The position numbers were made by a program, and so were the translations under genes. From the NCBI GenBank assembly GCA_023430885.1, contig JAEYYH010000032.1, forward strand, positions 19,279 through 83,278: a stretch of DNA of 64,000 bases, written 5' to 3'. A model generated the notes under the pieces. It did not search any database. It was not told the DNA's origin and saw only the letters and a program-made list of their open reading frames with translations. The stretch comes from Bacillota bacterium (GTDB taxonomy: Bacteria > Bacillota_I > Bacilli_A > RF39 > UBA660). Shown piece by piece: positions 9,506 to 17,930 of the stretch (position 1 is the stretch's first letter; each line of letters begins with the position of its first letter).

Positions 9506-11560
9506 TTAACCCATTTTTTTTGATAAAATATTCATCACATTATTATATATTTCTTGTTGTTGTTCTTCTGTTAATTCATCATATTTAACTGATCCAGTAG
9601 TAGTTTCTTCAATTGATGCTGAAGTTTTTACAGTACCATTAATATTTACAGAAATACTATTTGTTTTTTCTTTTCCTGTATACTCTTCGTAAGTTATAAT
9701 ACTATCTAAGTTATACTCTTCACCTGCTGTTACTACTTCTATATTAGTACTGAAAGTTAATTTGTATTCATTTTTTTCATTCTTAAAGTCAGCAGTTACT
9801 TCATATAATGTTTTTGTACAATTTATCTTAATATAACCTAATTTTTCATCTTCTGATTTATATATATTTATTGTTAAAATTTGATCTTCTTTTACTAATT
9901 CTGCAAACCCTTTTAGATCATTATCTTCAATTATATAAATTCGTGGATTAGTATCTTTTCTATACTGGATACTAACTGTTTTTTCATCATATGATACTTC
10001 TGTACAATCTTGATATTCAGTTGTTGTATAGTCATCTGTTGTATATTCATCTGTTGTATAGTCATATGTAGTATTATCATTTCCTTCATAATCGTATATT
10101 GTATAATCATCAACTTGATTATCACTTGTCGTAGTATCATCATCTACTGAAGTTACTTTATAATTTTTAGTATTTGATTTCATGTTTTCTAAAACACCAT
10201 CTGATGTATCTTCTAAACCATCTTCTGATGTATTATCATAACAATTATCATAACTATATTCTTGATTATAATACTTATAGTCAAAATCAATACCTTGTAC
10301 ATTGTTTGTTAGTTTACTTGTATATACAGTATATGTATATGTACTCATATGTTCTTCGTCGATATCATCTATACTAGAATTCATATCATAACTAGCAAAA
10401 TCTTCATATATATTAGTTACAATTTCATTCGCACGTTCATCAGCTTTAATATCAGTAATTATCAAATCTAATAATTCAAGAATTTGTTTATCATTATATT
10501 CTAATTTTAAAGAATTAACCTGCTTCTTCTCACCATCAATAGTTATTTCAGCTGTATCTTTAACAAAATCTTTTTCATTTACATTGTTTATAAAACTTTT
10601 TTGTACAAAATTATATAGATAATTATAATCTTCTATATCATTATAATTTGTTGAAGATAAAGCATCTTTAAGCTCTGCAACTTCTATGTATTTGTCAAAT
10701 ATTTTATTTAGAAATACATATCCAGTATCTGATGTTGTTAATAATTTTACTCCTGCTATTTCTTCTTTTGTATCACTAACATTTAATTCTAATAATGTTT
10801 TTTCTGCAGTTTTACTGAAATTATAGTCAAATTTCATACTATTTAAGATATCAATTATTTGATTAGTATTTGCATTATTTGTTTTGCTCATTTGAATATT
10901 AAAAGTACCTTTTTCTGAATATTCATCAGAATCATTTAATGAAAGCGGTGTTAAAAAGTATTCTTTAAAGTTTTCTAATTGTTTAACACTATTATTTATA
11001 ATAACTTTTTCATTTTTACTGTAAGCAAAATATGTTCCCCCGCCTACTAAGCATAAAGTTAATATTATAAGAATAAATACTAGTGCTTTTATGCCCTTCT
11101 TTTTTTTGATTGGAGGCATAGTTTGGACCATCTCATTATTTGGAACAGATTGTTCCATTTGAACTGGCACTGGGGTTACTGTAGGCTCTTCTACTGGATA
11201 TACACTTGGTATACTTACAGGTTGGGTTACTTGAACTGGCTCTGGTATTCCAATAGGTTCTTCTACTGGATATGCACCAGGTATACTTACAGGTTGGTCT
11301 AATTGAACTGGCTCTGGTATTCCAATAGGCTCTTCTACTGGATATACACCAGGTATACTTACAGGTTGGTCTAATTGAACTGGCTCCGGTGTTCCAATAG
11401 GTTCTTCTACTGGATATACATTTGACATACTTACAGATTGGTTTACTTGAACTGGCTCTGGCATTCCAATAGGTTCTTCTACTGGAGGTATAGTTGGCAT
11501 TTCTTTTGGAAAAGTATTGTTGTTTTCACTACTTCCTAAATTATTATTCATTTTATTCAC
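9506..11560 (-). CDS. membrane protein with N-terminal proline-rich 23-aa tandem repeats and large extracytoplasmic domain
   Basis: 684 aa; four copies of YPVEEPIG(I/T)PEPVQLDQPVSIPG before a single TM helix; remainder acidic Asp/Thr/Tyr-rich. Confidence 0.5.
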   Translation of the reverse strand: MNKMNNNLGSSENNNTFPKEMPTIPPVEEPIGMPEPVQVNQSVSMSNVYPVEEPIGTPEPVQLDQPVSIPGVYPVEEPIGIPEPVQLDQPVSIPGAYPVEEPIGIPEPVQVTQPVSIPSVYPVEEPTVTPVPVQMEQSVPNNEMVQTMPPIKKKKGIKALVFILIILTLCLVGGGTYFAYSKNEKVIINNSVKQLENFKEYFLTPLSLNDSDEYSEKGTFNIQMSKTNNANTNQIIDILNSMKFDYNFSKTAEKTLLELNVSDTKEEIAGVKLLTTSDTGYVFLNKIFDKYIEVAELKDALSSTNYNDIEDYNYLYNFVQKSFINNVNEKDFVKDTAEITIDGEKKQVNSLKLEYNDKQILELLDLIITDIKADERANEIVTNIYEDFASYDMNSSIDDIDEEHMSTYTYTVYTSKLTNNVQGIDFDYKYYNQEYSYDNCYDNTSEDGLEDTSDGVLENMKSNTKNYKVTSVDDDTTTSDNQVDDYTIYDYEGNDNTTYDYTTDEYTTDDYTTTEYQDCTEVSYDEKTVSIQYRKDTNPRIYIIEDNDLKGFAELVKEDQILTINIYKSEDEKLGYIKINCTKTLYEVTADFKNEKNEYKLTFSTNIEVVTAGEEYNLDSIITYEEYTGKEKTNSISVNINGTVKTSASIEETTTGSVKYDELTEEQQQEIYNNVMNILSKKMG
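11143..11503. repeat. tandem 69-bp coding repeats (about 4.5 copies)
   Basis: Near-identical 69-nt units visible in DNA (ctggtattccaataggttcttctactggatatacaccaggtatacttacaggttgg...). Confidence 0.7.
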
Positions 11561-11650
11561 TCCGTCCTATTATAAATTATAGCAAAATTAGACAAAAAAA
11601 GAAACAAAAAATGTTTCTTTTTAAAATGCTTATAACTAAGCTTCTATTTA

Positions 11651-12118
11651 TTACATAAAGAAATATGTATAAATAGAGAAAGCAATTACCAAAACAAGTA
11701 CAACTCCAAGTACAATAATCATTAGCTTTTTGCTTGAACTGTTTTTTGCTGGAGCTACTGGAGCTTCTGCAGTAACAGGAGCATTTGCGTCAGCAGTCAC
11801 AGTTGGCTCAGTTACAGGAGTAACAGGTGCTACTGGAGTAATAGTTGGTACTACTACTGGAGTTACTGGTGCTACCGTTGGAGCTACTGGAGCTACTGGT
11901 GTTACCGTTGGAGCAACTGGTGCTACTGTTGGAGCAACTGGAGCAACTGGAGCTGCCATTGGTGCCGCAGGAGTTACTGGGGCTACTGTTGGAGCAACTG
12001 GTGCTACTGTTGGAGCTACTGGAGCAACTGGAGTAACAGTTGGTGTTACTACTGGAGTTACTGGAGTAACTGGAGTGTTGTTTATATTTGGTATTTCTTT
12101 ATTATCCATTCTAATCAC
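11651..12118 (-). CDS. Pro/Thr/Val/Ala-repeat protein with C-terminal TM anchor
   Basis: 155 aa, about 100 residues of [12 protein letters not shown] repeats then [25 protein letters not shown] hydrophobic tail; extended -10 (TGcTATAAT) upstream. Confidence 0.45.
   Translation of the reverse strand: MIRMDNKEIPNINNTPVTPVTPVVTPTVTPVAPVAPTVAPVAPTVAPVTPAAPMAAPVAPVAPTVAPVAPTVTPVAPVAPTVAPVTPVVVPTITPVAPVTPVTEPTVTADANAPVTAEAPVAPAKNSSSKKLMIIVLGVVLVLVIAFSIYTYFFM
11758..12079. repeat. 9/15-bp microsatellite-like coding repeat (ACTGGAGCAACTGTTGGAGCT...)
   Basis: Highly regular short-period repeat giving PT-rich frame on minus and Gly/Ala/Thr-rich mirror ORFs on plus. Confidence 0.7.
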
Positions 12119-12170
12119 CTATCCTATAAATACATTATAGCAAATAAAATGGGAAAATACAAAATTTTTT

Positions 12171-12530
12171 TTAATCTTTAGGTTTAAATATTAAAGAAAG
12201 GTAAAATGAAAAGATAATTGCCGAACAAATTCCGGAGGCGGTAAGATTAAACATTCCCATTATTAGCCCCATTATTCCATAAGTTCCTGCCGATTCTAAA
12301 GCCCCATGAATTAATAAATGACCAAAACTTGTTATTGGTACTAAAGCTCCTCCTCCACACCATAGAATTATTTTATCGTAAAAACTAAAAATATCTAAAA
12401 AAGAACCTAATACTACAAATATTGTAGTTATATGACCTGGTGTAAGTTTAGTATTATCTAATATTAATTCACCTATTAAACATATAAAACCAGCAAACAA
12501 AAATGAGTTTAAATAAATCACTCTATTACC
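12171..12530 (-). CDS. spoVAEb: stage V sporulation protein AEb
   Basis: Small polytopic membrane protein (NSFLFAGFICLIGELILDNTKLTPGHI...) directly after spoVAD; the listed ORF start at 12638 overlaps spoVAD by 120 nt, so the true start is probably a non-ATG codon near 12530. Confidence 0.55.
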   Translation of the reverse strand, partial: GNRVIYLNSFLFAGFICLIGELILDNTKLTPGHITTIFVVLGSFLDIFSFYDKIILWCGGGALVPITSFGHLLIHGALESAGTYGIMGLIMGMFNLTASGICSAIIFSFYLSLIFKPKD

Positions 12531-13507
12531 TCCAAACTTATAGCATGAGCAATAGAAGGTATCGAAAGTTTTTGATTTACTGTTGTTGGATTCATCAAAG
12601 CTCCTGTTGCTACTAATAATACTTTTTTTATTCTGCATTCTGTCATCTTTTTAAATACATATCCATATGCAACTAACGGCAAACAAGCTGGGCCGCTTCC
12701 ACCTGCATAAACATCTTGTTTTTCCCTATCATATATCATACATGCTGAGTCATCACAGTTATCTAAATTTATTTTATATGCTTTCTTCATATATTCTTTT
12801 AAAATAGATTTACCATATACTCCTAAATCGCCTGTTAATATTAAATCATAATAATCACTTTTTCGGTTTGTTTGCTCAAGATGATCATGAATTGTTTGAG
12901 CAGCGGCTATTGCCATTACACCACCCATATTAAATACTTCTTTTACTCCCGAATCAACCGCTTTGCCTATGGTGGCACTTTCTATTTTAAAACCCGTTTT
13001 CTTATTTGATAATAAGGCACTTGCTGCTCCTGTTACAGTAAAAGTAGTAGTTTTAGGTTTAGGACCACCATATTCAATTGGATATCTAAATTGTTTTTCA
13101 GCAGTATTATTATGAGAAGAAGTACTCACGATAACGTTGTTTGCTTGTTTAGCCTCAATCATGTTTGAAGCTATGATTAGACCTTCGACACTTGTTGCAC
13201 AGGCATTATATATACCTAAATAAGGTATATCATATCTACTAGCAACATAATTAGAAGATACTAATTGATTTAGTAAGTCGCCAGAAATAAATAGTCCTAT
13301 ATCTTTAACTTGCTTTTTTTCTTTTTTTAATAATAAGTTAATTGATTCATCTAATAATTTCATTTCAGCTTGTTCCCATGTCTTTTCGCCAAAATAAAAC
13401 TCGTCATACTTCTTATCATAATATTTTGATAATGGTCCTTCTTTTTCAAATGGTCCTGCAATTATTTCGGTATTATTTATATAAACATTACTGTATTTTA
13501 AAGTCAT
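12518..13507 (-). CDS. spoVAD: stage V sporulation protein AD (thiolase-fold, dipicolinate uptake)
   Basis: 329 aa, N-terminus and Cys-containing thiolase-like core typical of SpoVAD; sits in canonical spoVAC-AD-AEb order. Confidence 0.8.
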   Translation of the reverse strand: MTLKYSNVYINNTEIIAGPFEKEGPLSKYYDKKYDEFYFGEKTWEQAEMKLLDESINLLLKKEKKQVKDIGLFISGDLLNQLVSSNYVASRYDIPYLGIYNACATSVEGLIIASNMIEAKQANNVIVSTSSHNNTAEKQFRYPIEYGGPKPKTTTFTVTGAASALLSNKKTGFKIESATIGKAVDSGVKEVFNMGGVMAIAAAQTIHDHLEQTNRKSDYYDLILTGDLGVYGKSILKEYMKKAYKINLDNCDDSACMIYDREKQDVYAGGSGPACLPLVAYGYVFKKMTECRIKKVLLVATGALMNPTTVNQKLSIPSIAHAISLEVIE

Positions 13508-13947
13508 TATCCACCAAAAATAATATACCTTATAATACCGAATGTATATGCGCTTACAACACCGAAAATAATTACCGAACCTGCTAATTTAAACATATTT
13601 GCTCCTATTCCTGTTACCATACCTTCCTTGCGATACTCTAAAGTGGCACTCATCATGGCATGAGCAAATCCAGTAATAGGAACAATCAAACCACATCTTG
13701 CCTTATGAACCCATTTATCAAAAAAACCAAAACATGTAAATAAACATCCTAAAAATATAAGAGTAACAATCATAAAAACAGACGCCTGTGCTGTTGGAAT
13801 ATTAAAATAATATGAATATAAGTCAATTAGTGATTGACCGATTAAACCTAATAATCCACCAACAAAAAATGCCACTACTGCATTTTTAAATCTGTCTTCT
13901 GTTGGCGTATGTTTTTCTACAATTTCTTTATACATATTTTTATTCAT
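13507..13947 (-). CDS. spoVAC: stage V sporulation protein AC
   Basis: 146-aa four-TM protein immediately upstream of spoVAD with overlapping stop/start. Confidence 0.7.
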   Translation of the reverse strand: MNKNMYKEIVEKHTPTEDRFKNAVVAFFVGGLLGLIGQSLIDLYSYYFNIPTAQASVFMIVTLIFLGCLFTCFGFFDKWVHKARCGLIVPITGFAHAMMSATLEYRKEGMVTGIGANMFKLAGSVIIFGVVSAYTFGIIRYIIFGG

Positions 13948-14024
13948 AATAACCTCCTAAAATTATTATGAATAAATTCTTTTTTTATATACGAATTAAT
14001 TATTAATATTAGATATAAAAAAAA

Positions 14025-14504
14025 TTAATTCAAAAGTGAATTAATTTCTTTTTCAATATCTAAAGTAAATTTAGCCTTATTATTTTTGTATATAGAAAAT
14101 TGGTGATTCTCTATTATATTAATACTTTTATCAAGTTGTTCTTTAGTTAAGGCCATCAATGCATAATTATTTTCTGCTACATATTTAGTTACTTCTAATT
14201 GATGATCATTAATATGTTCTTTATACTCTTTTAGTCTTGGTACTACTATTACCTTTTTACCTTTTTCTAAAGCTTTAAATATAGTCCCGCCACCACCGTG
14301 AGTTATAATTATTCTTGCTTCATTAATTTTATTATCCATTTCATCTTGTCCAAAGAAATCATGATATTCAATATTTAAATTAGTAAAATGGTAGTTACTT
14401 TTACCACCTTGAACTATTATCTTTTCATCAACATTTAGTTCATTAATATAATTAAATAATCTTTTAAAAGATTGTTTTTGTGTTCCAATAGTTACTAATA
14501 TCAT
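14025..14504 (-). CDS. Alg13-like glycosyltransferase family 28 C-terminal domain protein (PssE/EpsF-like)
   Basis: 159 aa; MILVTIGTQKQSFKRL...HGGGGTI pattern of Alg13/MurG C-domain. Confidence 0.65.
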   Translation of the reverse strand: MILVTIGTQKQSFKRLFNYINELNVDEKIIVQGGKSNYHFTNLNIEYHDFFGQDEMDNKINEARIIITHGGGGTIFKALEKGKKVIVVPRLKEYKEHINDHQLEVTKYVAENNYALMALTKEQLDKSINIIENHQFSIYKNNKAKFTLDIEKEINSLLN

Positions 14505-16786
14505 TAATATACCCCCTTAATATATTTAGCTTCAGGATATATTTCTTTATAATTATTATGCTGAACTATAAAAGTAGTAGCTATAGGATAAATTAATTTG
14601 CCAGATAATGTAGGAGTATGTGTTCTATCAAATACTTCTACAAATATAATTTTTCGATCAAAAATATATCCTAAATAACAAATTAATAAAGAAGTATGAG
14701 CTCCTGTTGTATAAATAACATCGGGATTATATCTAATAAAATAATATACATTTTTAAATACATTAACTATGCTTGTAAACACATATTTTATTGGATAGTA
14801 TCTTGACCCATACAATAAATACCTAACATTATATTTATTTTTTAGTTTCTTTGAAATCATATTCTTTTCTGTTATTAATACATAATCATAGTTTTTATAA
14901 ATACTATCTATAGCTAATAACTCAGTCAGATGTCCTCCAGCACTTGCAATAAAAACCACTTTATTTTTATTCTTTAAGTTCCCATAATTATAATTTAAAA
15001 ATACTAAATCTAAAAGTAATAAAAAGTGAATAAATTCGTAACTCATAGTTATATCAACTATTGATGAACCAACCAATAATAGAAACAATAGAATTGCAAT
15101 TGTTGACTTCTCATCTTTTAGTAATCTAATTGAAAATACAAGACCATATAAAATTAAAAGAAAATAATATATTACTCCTATAATGCCTACTTCCATTAAC
15201 ATCCTTGCTATAAAACTATGTTCGTCTGTTGGCAAAGAATGAAAATAGTGAATAGATGAATAATGTCTTAACGCTCTAAAGCCTTGGCCTGTTAGAAAGC
15301 TTTCTTTAGATAGTTCTAAAACATGTTTATATGTTGCTATTCTATCATCATAACTATACTTATCATACTTCAATTGTTCTTTAGAATGAAGGTATATATA
15401 AGGTGTCCAAATGTAATCCACAGAATATATATTGATACTATTATTGCTTAAATCAAATACTTCTACACTACTTATTTCAACGGAGTTATACATATCGATA
15501 TTTTGCAAATCTAAATAATAAAAATCAAAATTTTCAGGTGTATTTAAATTAAAGTAATATGTATTAGTCCCCTCGTTTACTGTATGCGATGATACTATTT
15601 TTTTTATTATATGTTCGTTTTTTATATATAAAACTTTTAAATTTAAAATAGGATTATTTAACTCTGTTTTACTTTTTATATCTAACTTAATTATATAATT
15701 ATTTTCCGGTTTTAAATTCATAAAATCGGCAAAAATTATATTATCATTATTCTTCGAACTACTTGTTGATGTTACATTAGATATTTTCAATGTTTGATTT
15801 TTAGGATATAAAAATAATACACAAGTTATGGTAGAAATAATAATAATTAAAATTATATAAACTATTTTACTTTTGTTATTAATATAAGATAATATTATAT
15901 AACTTAGATAGTAAATAATAAACATTAAAATAATAATAAAAAAGTAAATTATTAAATTATTATTATATATAAATATACGTGTTTTATTAACTGCATATAG
16001 TACTGGTAAAACCATACTAAAGTATATAGTTAATAGAGATATAAGCTGTTTATAATTTTTTTGTATTAAATAATATACAACCATAAGAATATTAATAATT
16101 AAAAATATTATAGTTGTTATTTTAGAAATAGTTAATAGAAATGCTAAGAATAATATAAATAAGCAAAAATGTGTAATAATAATTTTGTTATTATCTTTTA
16201 ATAAATAATTATATGAAATAAAAAAACCAACTAGTACAAACACAGCGTATGTGTTTGGATAAAAAAGTGTCCCATATAACCTATCTACACTACTTGCATA
16301 ATAATCTCCAAACAAAGAAGATATTTGAAAAAAATTTGTTATGTCGTGATTGCTATCAGTAATAAAAGAAAATAATACTGATATTACGCAAGATAATACG
16401 ATAGTCTTTAAAATATATTCAAGTCTTTTCTTATTAAGTATTCTTCTAAGTACTATTATATGGACTGCTAGTAACAAACTAACAAATATGTATTCTAAAT
16501 TTAACCTTATAGACTCTACATTTTTACCACACAATATAGGAATAAAATATAAGATTGGGAAAATTATTATTAGGAAGTCTAACCTATTAAATTTCACTTT
16601 ACTATCTCTATAAACAAAAAGATACCCTAAAGATATGAATAAAGTTATTGTTATCCAAAATATCTTTACGTATCTAGTTACTTCTGAAGTTTCAGCAAAC
16701 AAATTTGAATAGTTAAAATATAGCGGACTTATCATTATATATATTAAAGTTAAAAATATAGTAATTTCTTCATACTTTTTTTTCAT
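14504..16786 (-). CDS. fusion of polytopic O-antigen-polymerase/ligase-like membrane domain with C-terminal Alg14-like (GT28 N-domain) module
   Basis: 760 aa; more than 10 TM helices in first ~330 aa, central soluble segment, C-terminal ~150 aa (NKVVFIASAGGHLTELL...GAHTSLLICYLGYIF) resembles Alg14/PssD; translationally coupled to Alg13-like gene. Confidence 0.55.
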   Translation of the reverse strand: MKKKYEEITIFLTLIYIMISPLYFNYSNLFAETSEVTRYVKIFWITITLFISLGYLFVYRDSKVKFNRLDFLIIIFPILYFIPILCGKNVESIRLNLEYIFVSLLLAVHIIVLRRILNKKRLEYILKTIVLSCVISVLFSFITDSNHDITNFFQISSLFGDYYASSVDRLYGTLFYPNTYAVFVLVGFFISYNYLLKDNNKIIITHFCLFILFLAFLLTISKITTIIFLIINILMVVYYLIQKNYKQLISLLTIYFSMVLPVLYAVNKTRIFIYNNNLIIYFFIIILMFIIYYLSYIILSYINNKSKIVYIILIIIISTITCVLFLYPKNQTLKISNVTSTSSSKNNDNIIFADFMNLKPENNYIIKLDIKSKTELNNPILNLKVLYIKNEHIIKKIVSSHTVNEGTNTYYFNLNTPENFDFYYLDLQNIDMYNSVEISSVEVFDLSNNSINIYSVDYIWTPYIYLHSKEQLKYDKYSYDDRIATYKHVLELSKESFLTGQGFRALRHYSSIHYFHSLPTDEHSFIARMLMEVGIIGVIYYFLLILYGLVFSIRLLKDEKSTIAILLFLLLVGSSIVDITMSYEFIHFLLLLDLVFLNYNYGNLKNKNKVVFIASAGGHLTELLAIDSIYKNYDYVLITEKNMISKKLKNKYNVRYLLYGSRYYPIKYVFTSIVNVFKNVYYFIRYNPDVIYTTGAHTSLLICYLGYIFDRKIIFVEVFDRTHTPTLSGKLIYPIATTFIVQHNNYKEIYPEAKYIKGVY

Positions 16787-16854
16787 AATACACCTAGTTA
16801 TAATATACTTTCTAAGTAAATTATACTATATGTACTTCTTGGTTGCAACTGTGA

Positions 16855-17511
16855 TTAACTTAAATTGTTTCTTAATTTTGTTAAAACTTTTTGTTCTTTT
16901 CTGGATACTTGAACCTGTGTCATGCCTAAATCGTTAGCTGTTTCTGTTTGCGTCTTATCATTAAAATATCTGTCTTTTAATAATTCAAGTTCAGCTGAAT
17001 CTAACTTTGTTAATTCTTGTTTTAAAGCAATTAAAGTATTAATATCTAAAATTCTATCAGGAATAGTCTCGTGAAGCGTTACTTCTTTTGAATCACTTGC
17101 AATAGGTTCATCAATACTTTTAACTTCCCTTTTACTATTTAAAGCTTCGTTAACTAATATTTCTGGTATCCCAAGAAACTGTGATAGTTCTAAAGATGTT
17201 GGCATCCTATATAGCTTCTGTGACAACATATTTGAAGCCTGCTCTATCTTAGCATTTAAAGACGAGATGTTCCTACTTACTTTAATTGATTTATCCTCTC
17301 TTATATATTTTTTCATTTCACCTAAAATATAAGTGTATGCATAAGTCGTAAACTTTATATTAAAACTTTCATCATAGTTATGATAAGCTTTCATAATTCC
17401 TATTACTCCCACTTGAAATAAGTCTTCTTTATTTTTATAATTACTAAAATAGTTAGTAATTGAATATATTAAATTTTGATTTTCTAGTATTATTTGCTCA
17501 ATTGGTTTCAT
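16855..17511 (-). CDS. sigma-70 family sigma factor of the SigF/SigG/SigB group
   Basis: 218 aa; region 2 (DLFQVGVIGIMKAYHNYD...FTTYAYTYILGEMKKYIRED..KVSR) and region 4 HTH (TQTETANDLGMTQVQVSRKEQK) closely match sporulation/stress sigma factors. Confidence 0.8.
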   Translation of the reverse strand: MKPIEQIILENQNLIYSITNYFSNYKNKEDLFQVGVIGIMKAYHNYDESFNIKFTTYAYTYILGEMKKYIREDKSIKVSRNISSLNAKIEQASNMLSQKLYRMPTSLELSQFLGIPEILVNEALNSKREVKSIDEPIASDSKEVTLHETIPDRILDINTLIALKQELTKLDSAELELLKDRYFNDKTQTETANDLGMTQVQVSRKEQKVLTKLRNNLS

Positions 17512-17522
17512 TTTTTATCTCC

Positions 17523-17864
17523 TTAAATATTAAATATATTTAATGCTGTTAATTCGTTATTCGTTATAGGAATGTAACTTTGCGTACTCCGAGCCAGCGC
17601 TCTTTTTACATTACCGTTTATATTACATATAATAGACTCTCCTTTGTTTTGCTTACATAATTTATAATTATATATTAATGAATTTATACCATTAATATCT
17701 ATTTCATTTACATTTTCTAAATTAAAAACAATATTTCTTATACCATTATCAAAAACCATTTCTGCAACTTCTTCGTATAATTTATTACAGGTATCACCAT
17801 TTAATTTTCCATCTAATCTAATAAATAAAATTCCTTTTATAAATTCCATTTCTATTCCAAGCAT
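17523..17864 (-). CDS. STAS-domain anti-sigma-factor antagonist (SpoIIAA/RsbV-like)
   Basis: 113 aa, STAS pattern, located 12 bp upstream of the sigma factor gene. Confidence 0.6.
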   Translation of the reverse strand: MLGIEMEFIKGILFIRLDGKLNGDTCNKLYEEVAEMVFDNGIRNIVFNLENVNEIDINGINSLIYNYKLCKQNKGESIICNINGNVKRALARSTQSYIPITNNELTALNIFNI

Positions 17865-17930
17865 CTAATCACCTTCCTATATAATTTAGCACATCTTTTT
17901 TAATTATTATTCACATTCGACAAAACTAGA

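Noticed and set aside
11143-12079. CRISPR array
   Set aside because: The only regular repeats in the window are protein-coding tandem repeats without unique spacers. No cas genes present.
11730-12140. 136-aa plus-strand ORF (Gly/Ala/Thr/Val repeats) and 63-aa ORF 11845..12036
   Set aside because: Mirror-frame translations of the short-period DNA repeat. The minus-strand PT-repeat ORF has a start context, promoter box and C-terminal anchor. The plus ORFs lack any start signals.
12531-12638. 5' 108 nt of the listed 12171..12638 ORF overlapping spoVAD
   Set aside because: A 120-nt out-of-frame overlap with a conserved spoVAD C-terminus is unlikely. SpoVAEb proteins are about 115 aa, so the real start is probably a non-ATG codon near 12530.
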